A stretch of 64,000 nucleotides of DNA from a virus. Below the pieces are notes generated by a model. That model was given only the letters and a program-made list of their open reading frames with translations. It did no database searches and was not told where the DNA came from. Positions 8,802 through 16,448 of this stretch are shown here, piece by piece; positions within the stretch are counted from its first letter, which is position 1; every line of letters starts with the position of its first letter. The stretch lies in IMG/VR virus record IMGVR_UViG_3300033074_002003; one strand, given 5' to 3'. The position numbers were made by a program, and so were the translations under genes.

Positions 8802-8999
8802 ATGGTCAAGAGCAACGTCTCACGCCCCGTGAAGCGCTACATCGTGCGGTTCTTTCACCAGGACATGGGCGGGTGCGAGTGCCCGTTCGAGGCCGATGAA
8901 CATGACGATGCCCGCGAGCGCAGGGACGAGATCAACGCGGGACAGTACTCTCGCATGAGCGACGCTAGCATCGTGCGTGTCTACGCGAAGGGGAAGTGA
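8802..8999 (+). CDS. Small early protein (65 aa)
   Basis: Cassette ggataggatctgaacATG. Confidence 0.5.
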   Translation: MVKSNVSRPVKRYIVRFFHQDMGGCECPFEADEHDDARERRDEINAGQYSRMSDASIVRVYAKGK

Positions 9000-9011
9000 T
9001 AGAGTCTACCC

Positions 9012-9197
9012 ATGGAAGAAATCGCTAGCAAGCCGCACGAGCACGCCTGGGGTTACGACAAGTGGGAGACCCTCTGCCACAACGGCCGTCGCATCGTGCA
9101 CCAGTGTAACGACTGCCTCGCCGTACGGGTCACCTTTCGCACCCACAACGCGGGCGACAAGGTGGTCGTCATCGACCCGCCCTACGTGAAGGACTGA
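9012..9197 (+). CDS. Small early protein (61 aa), His/Cys-rich (possible Zn binding)
   Basis: Cassette gtgatagagtctacccATGgaagaa. Confidence 0.5.
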   Translation: MEEIASKPHEHAWGYDKWETLCHNGRRIVHQCNDCLAVRVTFRTHNAGDKVVVIDPPYVKD

Positions 9198-9220
9198 ACG
9201 CGAGGGTGTAGAGTCTGGTT

Positions 9221-9574
9221 ATGGACAACAACATCGCCATCGACTTCGCGCGCCTCACCCCCGCCCAGTCCGCGCTGCTCGCCCGCATCCGCGTGTCCCT
9301 CGCCACGAACTCCCTCGCGGTGGAGCGGGCCATCACGGTCCTCTACGCGAACCAGACCACCGACGAGCGGGCGGTCTCCGCGACCAAGCACCAGAACGCC
9401 AAGGGGTTCAACTCCGCCGACGCGAGTCGGCTCTCGTACTACGCCCGCTGGGTCGGGTCGGGTCGCCACCTCACGGGTCACCACCTCGACCGTGCGCGTG
9501 CCACGGTCGGCAAGTACTGGCGCCAGCTCCTGCGCGCGGCGGTTGCGAAGGCGCAGGTGGCACAGGGCGCCTGA
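9221..9574 (+). CDS. Small early protein (117 aa)
   Basis: Cassette ggtgtagagtctggttATGgacaacaac. Followed by hairpin copy 2. Confidence 0.55.
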   Translation: MDNNIAIDFARLTPAQSALLARIRVSLATNSLAVERAITVLYANQTTDERAVSATKHQNAKGFNSADASRLSYYARWVGSGRHLTGHHLDRARATVGKYWRQLLRAAVAKAQVAQGA

Positions 9575-9587
9575 CCCGGGCCTCGCG

Positions 9588-9626
9588 GTGACCCGCTCGG
9601 GCCCTCACGGGCCCGGGATGGGTTCC
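9588..9626 (+). terminator. Conserved GC hairpin gtgacccgCTCGGGCCCtcacGGGCCCGGGatgggttcc (copy 2)
   Basis: Same element as 8587-8625, 14 nt after the stop at 9574. Confidence 0.55.
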
Positions 9627-9707
9627 ACCACCTCGGCGGGCTCGACCTCTCTGCGAGGCACGAGCCGAGAACGTGAATCCCCGTGCGCGGGAGGATAGAG
9701 TACTCTC

Positions 9708-10439
9708 ATGCCGCTCATCACCCAGAAGCATGGTTTCGATGTCGCGACCCAGCGCTACACCCGGAAGGGTGACCCCATCACGGAGCACGAGGGCCGGGTG
9801 GTCGCCCGGTACGACCTGCACCTCACCCGCAACCACTCCGACACGCTGGACTACACCGACTTCCAGACCGCCCAGGTCGTGAAGATCGTCGTGAAGCTCG
9901 ACGCTCCCCTCGCGGATCCCTACCACTACTACTCCAACCCGCTCTACCGGAAGGGCGACCCCTTCGTGGAGATCGAGGTGTTCTCCTCCCAGTACACGTG
10001 GCGATGCCCGAGCGACTTCGTGAGTGCCACGGTGGACGCCTCCCCCGAGCTCATCGCGGAGCACGAGGCCTTCCTCGCCGGTCGGCGAGCGGAGATGGCC
10101 GCTGAGGCCGCTCGGGTGGCCCAGGAGAAGCTCGAGGCCGAGAAGAAGGAGGCTGCCAAGCGAGCGGTCGCGGAGGCCCGAGAGGCCGCTCGGAAGGCTC
10201 AGGCGGAGGCCGTCCTCGCTGGGATGCCCGAGAAGGGAACCCGCGTCACGGTGTGCGGGATGAAGTATCCCGAGCCTGTGGTCGGCACGGTGTTCTGGAA
10301 GGGAGTCACGAAGTACCGCGGGAAGTGGGCCGCGAAGATCGGCGTGAAGCGCAACCCGAAGGACCGGGACGAGGACCCGATGTGGGTGGGGGACGGCGAG
10401 TACACCGTGGAGCGGGTCGTGAAGTTGGGCGCCGCGTGA
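9708..10439 (+). CDS. Early protein (243 aa) with Ala/Glu/Lys-rich coiled-coil segment
   Basis: Cassette ggaggatagagtactctcATG. Largest gene of the array. Confidence 0.6.
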   Translation: MPLITQKHGFDVATQRYTRKGDPITEHEGRVVARYDLHLTRNHSDTLDYTDFQTAQVVKIVVKLDAPLADPYHYYSNPLYRKGDPFVEIEVFSSQYTWRCPSDFVSATVDASPELIAEHEAFLAGRRAEMAAEAARVAQEKLEAEKKEAAKRAVAEAREAARKAQAEAVLAGMPEKGTRVTVCGMKYPEPVVGTVFWKGVTKYRGKWAAKIGVKRNPKDRDEDPMWVGDGEYTVERVVKLGAA

Positions 10440-10453
10440 AATCTGTGCGGGTG

Positions 10454-10479
10454 GGTGGTAGAGTCTACCCATGGACAAC
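10454..10479 (+). promoter_or_regulatory. Extended -10 leaderless promoter (ggtggtagagtctacccATGgacaacaac)
   Basis: Same cassette; last copy of the early array. Confidence 0.6.
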
Positions 10480-10686
10480 AACGTACCGAAGTACGAACTC
10501 GCCGTGGGCGCCCGTGTCGTCGTCTACAAGGGAACCGGACAGATTGTCCCGCGCGGGTCGACTGGCGTCATCCTTCGCTTCCGACCCACGGGCTCCGCGA
10601 TCGATGACCTCGTGTGTGTTGACTTCGACAACGATGGGTGCGGACACTGGGTCCACCGGTCCCACCTCGCGATCATCGCCGACTGA
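10471..10686 (+). CDS. Small early protein (71 aa), KOW/SH3-like (VGARVVVYKGTG)
   Basis: Consensus cassette; starts MDNN. Confidence 0.6.
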   Translation: MDNNVPKYELAVGARVVVYKGTGQIVPRGSTGVILRFRPTGSAIDDLVCVDFDNDGCGHWVHRSHLAIIAD

Positions 10687-10689
10687 CAC

Positions 10690-10800
10690 GCACGTGACGG
10701 GGCGGCCGGGGCCTGGTGGCTCTAACGGGGCTGCCGCCCCGGGGGCCCCCTGACACGCTGTAACGGGGCCCCCCGGCCCCCCGGCCCCGTGCATTCCTCC
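10690..10800 (+). terminator. Cluster of GC-only hairpins (ggggcggccggggcc ... ggccccccggcccc) closing the early array
   Basis: Several G/C-run inverted repeats directly after the last early gene. No T-tract. Confidence 0.4.
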
Positions 10801-10918
10801 TGAGGGGCCCTCTGGGGGCCACAGGGCGCTAACTGCCCGCGCAAATCTCGGGACAAATTTCTCGAGCGGTTGTCACTCCTCACTAGACCACAATCCCAAA
10901 AATTTCTCGGGACAAATT

Positions 10919-11380
10919 TCACTTCGATCGCCTTGAAGCTTCAGCACCCAAGCGTCCCCACTCGCGAAACCTCGAGCGTTCCTCTTCTGTCATGTCCTCT
11001 GCTCTCCGAGAATGCTGCGATTTCTTGGGCGTGAACCGCCCGTGTTCGCCCCAAGCGATTGGGTCAGGCAGCTCGTGCGAGACGTACATGAGGAGCCTCT
11101 GAAGGGTCTCGAGGGTGTTATCAGATTTCATGCGATTCGCGCGGTGACTTATGACAGCGATGTTGCCCGGAATGTAACCCTTGGAGTTATCGATTCGATC
11201 GATCGAGGGCGCGCGCTCGGGATCTGTGATGTCTAGCTCGACACCGAGAATGGGACAGAATTGAGGAATGACGATGTCTTCGGGCAAGATTGAGAAATCG
11301 CGTCCCGTCCTCCTCACCCTTCGTTTTATCTGGTGATACAGTCTGACGTTGTGTGGCTGAATCTTGCGTCGCTTCTGCAT
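10919..11380 (-). CDS. HNH homing endonuclease (HNH_3-like)
   Basis: CPILGVELD...DRIDNSKGYIPGNIAVISHRANRMK is the classic HNH motif. GC content is lower than the flanks. Confidence 0.8.
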   Translation of the reverse strand: MQKRRKIQPHNVRLYHQIKRRVRRTGRDFSILPEDIVIPQFCPILGVELDITDPERAPSIDRIDNSKGYIPGNIAVISHRANRMKSDNTLETLQRLLMYVSHELPDPIAWGEHGRFTPKKSQHSRRAEDMTEEERSRFREWGRLGAEASRRSK

Positions 11381-11443
11381 GATTGCATCATACTAGCGAT
11401 GTAACGGATGTTCGTGTCAGCCAGTGTTCACATACTTAGTGGG

Positions 11444-12190
11444 ATGGCAAGTGACGCGCTCATTCGCGCCCTCCTGAGGGAGATCCTCGTCGAGGGGCGG
11501 GTAGACGATGCGGCCGCTGTGTGGGCGGCGGGCGGGGGTTCGCCCGAGACGTTCAGGGACATCGTCGCGGCACAGCCGCTCAAGAGCTCGAACAAGTTCC
11601 TCGGGTGGACGGTGCGGGCGATCCTGAGAGATCCCGGGATGGGTACCGACGTCGACGCGATCGGGTTGGACGTCGTGTTCAACCTCCTGAAGGAGTTTGA
11701 GGGCGTGGTCGAGTTCCTGCCGCGGGAGAGGCGAGACATCTCGGGGTACTCGAGCTTCAAGGAGCTCTCCCACGTGGTGCTCGACGCGGCCGCCCTGAGG
11801 TCCGAAGCCCTGAGCGCCAGGGTGGGTCCCGGTGACGTTGATCGCGTCTGGGAGGGCGGCGGGTGGATCGTCGTTCGGCCCCGGACGATGGGCGCGGCGA
11901 TCAAGTACGGGAAGGGGACGAAGTGGTGCATCTCGGCGCTCCGTCACAACAAGTTCGATGACTACGACGAGTCGGGATCGGTGCACTTCTTCGCGATCGA
12001 CCGCTCGCCCCTCGCGGACGGTGACGACATGTCGAGGATCGCGGTGACAGTTGCGGTTGACGGTGATGAGGAGTTCCACGACGCCCGGGACAGGGAGATC
12101 GACGAGTCGCTCGTGGAGCTGCACCTCGGTCGCGAGGTGTGGGGCGAGATCCGTCGCGCGATCTCATCGAACCTGAAGTCCCATACTTAG
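11444..12190 (+). CDS. Hypothetical protein (249 aa), very GC-rich
   Basis: Start taken at the ATG inside the motif catacttagtgggATGg. ORF-track frame 11408..12190. Confidence 0.45.
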   Translation: MASDALIRALLREILVEGRVDDAAAVWAAGGGSPETFRDIVAAQPLKSSNKFLGWTVRAILRDPGMGTDVDAIGLDVVFNLLKEFEGVVEFLPRERRDISGYSSFKELSHVVLDAAALRSEALSARVGPGDVDRVWEGGGWIVVRPRTMGAAIKYGKGTKWCISALRHNKFDDYDESGSVHFFAIDRSPLADGDDMSRIAVTVAVDGDEEFHDARDREIDESLVELHLGREVWGEIRRAISSNLKSHT

Positions 12191-12194
12191 TGTG

Positions 12195-14021
12195 ATGGGA
12201 ATCAAAACGAGGGTTACGAGCCGCGGGATCGTGTCGTCGCTCTCTCCGGGCGAGGGCGACTCCTTTGACTGCGATGTGTCGCTCGGTACGGGCGCGATCG
12301 GTGGCGTGATCGGGAACACCTGGGTCGTGACGCCCACATCGTCGTCCGCGGGCGACCTCGCGGCGTGGAGGGAGGCCGCGGGGGCCGCCGCGCTCGTGGG
12401 CGGTCGCGTCCTCGTGAGGTCTGGGACGCTCAGCATCGCGTCCGACGTGACGAGCTCGCTGGGCGTCACTGTCGAGTTCCAGAGGGGCGCGGTCCTCGAC
12501 GTCGCGACGGGCTCTGTGGCGCTCTTCTGCGGTCCAGTCGTCGGTGGAGACATCGTGAAGGTCACGGGCGCGGGCGTCGCTCGGTGGCGCGGGCGGTCGG
12601 TGCAGTCGCTCTGGCTCGTGGGGGATTCCCTCGGCGTGGGTTCTGGCGTCCCGTTTGTGGGCGGCTGGCGCACGGGCATCGAGGCGTCCCTGCGCCGCTT
12701 CAGGTCCGATTTCGATTTTGTGGGCGACAGGATGACGCTCGCCTCTTCCTCGGCGGGAACGGGCCTCGCGTGGCACTCCTGCGTCTCGGGCGAGACCATC
12801 GGGGGCGCGACGGCGCTCGTCACCCAGCAGCTCTCGGGCTGCCTCGTGACACCGGACGCCGTCGTGGCCGTCCTCGGGACGAACGATATCGTTGGCGGGC
12901 AGACGCTCGCGCAGATGAAAGCCTCGTGGGCGTCGTACGAGTCGGCGCTCTTCTCCGCCCTTCCGAACGCCCAGCTCTTCGCCGTCGCGCCGCCTGTCTT
13001 TGTCGCGGGTTCGTCGGTGGGCGCGAACCTCTCCGCCTGGAACTCGACGCGGTCGTCGTACGCCGCCTGGCTCTCCGCGAGGTCGCTCGCCGATACCCGC
13101 CTCGTTTTCGTCGACCCCTGCGCGTCTCCTGGGATGTCGGCCGCCGAATTCCAGAGCGACGGCGTGCACTTCAACAGGCTGGGCAACGCGTCGTTCGGCG
13201 GGGCGATCGCAGACGCGATCGACACGTGGCTGGGTCCTGTGAGGAAGGGCGCGCTGCCCGTCCCGCGGATGTTCAGGCAGCGCAACGTCGCGGGTTCCGT
13301 CCTCGTCGATGCCGCGGGCGACGTGCGCGTCGTCACGGGCGCCGGGTGTGACATTCCCGCCGTCGGCGGGTTCGCTGTCGCGATTGACGTCTACCCGACG
13401 GCTCTCGGCGCGGGCCCGCTTGCGGTGCTCGCGATCGGCCCGAGGAACGCGAACCCGGCGATGTGGCTCTGCATCAGGCAGCTCGGTGCCGCGCTCGACC
13501 TCGGGGGTTACAGCGGCGCGGGGACGTGGGTCACGTCGGCGTTCTCGTCTCCGGAGGATCGCTGCCTCGTCGTGAACAAGTGGCACAGGATCGTCGCGAT
13601 CATTCACAGGGGGACAGGGTCGCTGCAGGGGTCTGCGGGCCTCTACGTGAACGGTCGCCTCGTGGGCACGATCTACGGGCTCGCGAACACGTGGCCCGCG
13701 TCGGCGCAGACGCTCTACCTGGGAAACTCTCCCGATTACGTCTCGTGTCCCGGGTACTACTCCTCGCTCCGCGTCTGGTCCGGGCCGCTCGTCCCACGGC
13801 CGGGATCGATGGCCGCCCTTCGCGCTGTGGAGGCGAACTTCTTCAACGACGAGCCCGTCGTCCCGGGCGCAACGACGTCTGTCAGGGAGTTCGACGGCGA
13901 CCTCCTCGACGCTGTGAGCGGTTCGGTGGCTGCTGGGCTCTTCAACGGTTCGACGGCGCTCGCCTCCGCGTACCCGCAGGGAACACCCCTGCGCCCCTGG
14001 GAGATCGGCGCCGATTACTGA
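12195..14021 (+). CDS. SGNH/GDSL hydrolase fused to C-terminal LamG/ConA-like domain (putative virion-associated polysaccharide esterase/depolymerase)
   Basis: LWLVGDSLGVG (GDS block), GTNDI, DGVHFN (SGNH blocks III/V). C-terminal ~200 aa is Gly/Ser-rich beta-rich, LamG-like. Starts at the second copy of catacttagtgtgATGg. The 788-aa antisense ORF is a GC artefact. Confidence 0.6.
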   Translation: MGIKTRVTSRGIVSSLSPGEGDSFDCDVSLGTGAIGGVIGNTWVVTPTSSSAGDLAAWREAAGAAALVGGRVLVRSGTLSIASDVTSSLGVTVEFQRGAVLDVATGSVALFCGPVVGGDIVKVTGAGVARWRGRSVQSLWLVGDSLGVGSGVPFVGGWRTGIEASLRRFRSDFDFVGDRMTLASSSAGTGLAWHSCVSGETIGGATALVTQQLSGCLVTPDAVVAVLGTNDIVGGQTLAQMKASWASYESALFSALPNAQLFAVAPPVFVAGSSVGANLSAWNSTRSSYAAWLSARSLADTRLVFVDPCASPGMSAAEFQSDGVHFNRLGNASFGGAIADAIDTWLGPVRKGALPVPRMFRQRNVAGSVLVDAAGDVRVVTGAGCDIPAVGGFAVAIDVYPTALGAGPLAVLAIGPRNANPAMWLCIRQLGAALDLGGYSGAGTWVTSAFSSPEDRCLVVNKWHRIVAIIHRGTGSLQGSAGLYVNGRLVGTIYGLANTWPASAQTLYLGNSPDYVSCPGYYSSLRVWSGPLVPRPGSMAALRAVEANFFNDEPVVPGATTSVREFDGDLLDAVSGSVAAGLFNGSTALASAYPQGTPLRPWEIGADY

Positions 14022-14056
14022 TCCCCTCTCTCCCTGTAAACTGCCCCCTGTGCGGA

Positions 14057-14075
14057 GTACAGTGGCTCCATGGGA
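14057..14075 (+). promoter_or_regulatory. Early-type leaderless promoter gtacagtggctccATGg for the 14.07-19.93 kb operon
   Basis: TACAGT -10-like then 6 nt then ATGG. Same geometry as the early cassettes (ggtagagtctacccATGg). Confidence 0.45.
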
Positions 14076-14480
14076 AATCGGACTGAGAAGAAGAGCGACG
14101 TCGAGCGCCCGCTCGACGAGCTGGAACGCGAGTACGACGAGATGTGCGATCGGTTCGAGGACTCTCTCGTAGACCTGCGCCTCGCGATCCGCGACCACGC
14201 GAAGAAAGAGAAGAAGGGCGGCGGGCCCCCGGGCGATCAGGTGATCCTCGGCTGGCTCGTGAAGCACCTGAACTCCCCCGACGACCAGGTGTGGTACACG
14301 AGTGGGGGATGGTGGCGATCTACCCTTCGCGAGTGTAACAAGTTCTCTATTCGCGAAGAGGCGATCGAGGCGCTCCGTTCACAGCGACGGTACTGGTCCG
14401 ATATACACCCAGAGTGGCGATTCGGTCTCGTGAGGATCGTCCCCCGCGGGACCCGTGGGAAGAAGAAGGGCGGGAAGTGA
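14070..14480 (+). CDS. GW-KKKGG family protein A (136 aa)
   Basis: C-terminus GWLVKHL...SGGWWRS...EAIEALRSQ...LVRIVPRGTRGKKKGGK shares ~70 aa with three other operon members. Stop overlaps the next start (TGATG). Confidence 0.55.
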   Translation: MGNRTEKKSDVERPLDELEREYDEMCDRFEDSLVDLRLAIRDHAKKEKKGGGPPGDQVILGWLVKHLNSPDDQVWYTSGGWWRSTLRECNKFSIREEAIEALRSQRRYWSDIHPEWRFGLVRIVPRGTRGKKKGGK

Positions 14481-15076
14481 TGGAGAACCACAGCGATGTT
14501 TGGCCCGTCCGCGTGGGGGTCATCTCGGAGCTCAACTCCCGTGAGCTGCCGTCACCCGAACGGGTCGCGAAGATCAGGAGCGGGTTGCAACGCTACATTA
14601 CCGCGAAGTTCGGCTGGCTCTCGGAGATCCGGCGCGAGACGTGCCACTACATCACCCTCCGCGGTCCCCTGCGCGGGTGTACGCAGTACGTTGACGCCTA
14701 CATCGAGGCGGACGACGAGAGCGTCACCCTTACCCTGAGGGTTAGCGAGGACGCGGTGCCTGATCCCAGGAACGTGGGAGAGTCGTGCGCTGTCGCGTGG
14801 CGGTGGCGAGAAGGTGCGGCCGTCGACCTTGATTGTCCGGAAGATTACTTCGAGTGGGTTGTCGCGCTTCCCTGGCTCGCAGAGCGGCTGCCGCTCGCGA
14901 TGTTCGAGAGGGTTGAGAACGAGCGCGAACAGCTGCGCGCACTCGCGGAGATCGAGGCGCTCGGAGATCCTGAGGACCTCGAGGAGGGTGTAGAAGACGA
15001 TCTCGAAGAAGAAGAGACTCTGTGCGAGACCTGTGAGTGCAATACCTGCGAGTGCTGGAAGGGCGGGCGGCTATGA
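14480..15076 (+). CDS. Acidic, Cys-rich protein (198 aa; C-terminus CETCECNTCECWKGG)
   Basis: Start ATG 14480 overlaps the upstream stop. The ORF-track N-terminal extension (14414) lies inside the previous gene and is spurious. Confidence 0.5.
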   Translation: MENHSDVWPVRVGVISELNSRELPSPERVAKIRSGLQRYITAKFGWLSEIRRETCHYITLRGPLRGCTQYVDAYIEADDESVTLTLRVSEDAVPDPRNVGESCAVAWRWREGAAVDLDCPEDYFEWVVALPWLAERLPLAMFERVENEREQLRALAEIEALGDPEDLEEGVEDDLEEEETLCETCECNTCECWKGGRL

Positions 15077-15447
15077 AGAAGAAGAGCGAAGCGAGCGAAT
15101 CTCTGTGTGACCGCGTTTCCGCGGGTGCTGCCGCAGAGCTCGTCGCGGCGAACGGGCGGCTGCGCGAGCGGGTCCTCTCGGCATTTGCCGTGTACGACGC
15201 GGAACTGTCTCGGCTGTTCAATTCCACGAGGGAGATCGTTGGGTGGGTGTTCAGAGACGACGAGAGCGAGGAATACTTCGGCGCGGGCGGGTGGGAGGAG
15301 ACGAGGTCACGGGCCGTTCCTTTCTCGTCTCCCGCGGCGGCTCGCGAGGCTCTCGCCGAGTTTTTCAGGAGTTGCGACGCGGATCCTACACCCACAACGC
15401 TCGTGCGGGTGTGGCGCAAGAAGAAGAAGGGCGGGGCCGCGAGATGA
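15073..15447 (+). CDS. GW-KKKGG family protein C (124 aa)
   Basis: VGWVFRDD...GAGGWEET...AAREALAEF...LVRVWRKKKKGGAAR. ATGA overlap with the upstream stop. Confidence 0.55.
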   Translation: MKKKSEASESLCDRVSAGAAAELVAANGRLRERVLSAFAVYDAELSRLFNSTREIVGWVFRDDESEEYFGAGGWEETRSRAVPFSSPAAAREALAEFFRSCDADPTPTTLVRVWRKKKKGGAAR

Positions 15448-15950
15448 GCTCCACGGGATATGCTGCACACCTGCGAACGATCACCCGGGCTGCGATCGAG
15501 AAGCGAGAGGCCGATGACGCCGCACGTGCGGATCGCGAGTTCATGGACCTCTGGAAATCGTTCACTGCTGTCGCGGCGAACAGGGCCGCTGACGGGAAGT
15601 TTGATGCTCCGTTCTCTTTCGTTGAGCGAGGGAGCAACGCGATCTTCCCCGGCGCCGTGGAGCGGTTCTACGCGAGGCTGTCGGCGGAGGGTTTCACGCG
15701 GGGCGAGCGTTGGATCGATTGCGAACTCACGACGGTAAAGATCGGGTGGGAGGAGTCTGCTGACCCTTCGGCGCCCGCCAAAGAAGTTGTAGAGCGTACC
15801 GTCGTAGAAGTGTGCTCGTGCTCGTGCGGCGGCGACCCGGACGCATGCCTTGCGTGCAACCCGGACGAGGATTCATGCTGGCGCGGGATGTCGGCAGAGC
15901 GCAGGGCGCGCTCGAGGAGGCTCGAGGAGGCTCGAGGCGACTCGCCCTGA
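15443..15950 (+). CDS. Cys-cluster protein (168 aa; CSCSCGGDPDACLACNPDEDSC)
   Basis: ATGA overlap with the upstream gene. The ORF-track frame 15243..15950 has a spurious Arg-rich N-terminus. Confidence 0.5.
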
Positions 15951-15972
15951 CTCGCAGCGGAAGGAGGAGTAG

Positions 15973-16333
15973 CGTGACGTTCTCAATCGCTGTTATCATC
16001 GCGCTCCTCATGGGCGAGGGCGTCGGGCGGGCCCTGCTCGTTGGGCTGCTCGCGGAGCTCGTGTGGAGCGGGATCGCCGAGGGGCTGGGTGCCGAGGGCG
16101 GCAATGTTTTCTTCTGGTTTCGCCGGTGGCACGCGAGGAGGAAGAGGGCGAAGCGTCGCGAGGAGCTCATGAAGATGCGCGTCGGCACGGCGATCCCACC
16201 CACGACCTACCGCGCCGTCCCAGCACCCGGGGGTCACACGGACGAGGAACTGCGTCGCATCGAGGAGGAGCTCGATGCAGAGCTCTCGGGCGAAACAGTG
16301 AACAAGAAGGGCGTGCTGAAGGGCCTGAGGTGA
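15973..16333 (+). CDS. Small membrane protein (120 aa, GTG start after GGAGG)
   Basis: Hydrophobic N-terminal half (FSIAVIIALLMGEGVGRALLVGLLAELVW). SD ggaaggagg 6 nt upstream of GTG. Confidence 0.4.
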
Positions 16334-16448
16334 GAGCAGAATATCGAGCTCGGGAGCGCGCAATCCTTGTCGTGATGTGCAGTGAGGAATTTGGCCCGGG
16401 TGATCGGGTGCAACCCGTCGTCCCGTGTGTTAGGATGGTGAGAAGAGC

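Larger units (their letters stand above)
230..10500 (+). repeat. Family of ~28 dispersed copies of a 25-28 bp promoter/start cassette, consensus GGTGATATAGTCTCGATCATGGACAAC
   Basis: One copy sits immediately 5' of each small gene. ATG positions: 255, 597, 1319, 1671, 2025, 2371, 2719, 2966, 3397, 3739, 4231, 4539, 4946, 5349, 5722, 6244, 6531, 6812, 7194, 7482, 8008, 8292, 8802, 9012, 9221, 9708, 10471. TGn plus a TATAGT/TAGAGT/TATACT hexamer ends 6-8 nt before the ATG. Confidence 0.75.

Noticed and set aside
8587-9626. Repeated GC hairpin considered as a CRISPR-like repeat
   Set aside because: Only two copies ~1 kb apart, each directly 3' of a gene stop. No regular spacing and no cas genes. 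They behave as terminators.
9471-10481. 336-aa - strand ORF, plus similar 243-aa (1665..2396), 244-aa (3726..4460), 428-aa (16167..17453) and 430-aa (35335..36627) antisense ORFs
   Set aside because: All overlap + strand genes that have promoter cassettes or coupled starts. Their composition (R/P/G/A-rich) is characteristic of GC artefacts.
11901-14267. 788-aa ORF on the - strand (and the 396-aa and 328-aa alternative-frame ORFs) across the SGNH-LamG gene
   Set aside because: Arg/Pro/Gly/Ala-rich low-complexity translation typical of the antisense or off-frame of a GC3-saturated gene. No start context, promoter or SD. The + strand frame has clear SGNH motifs.
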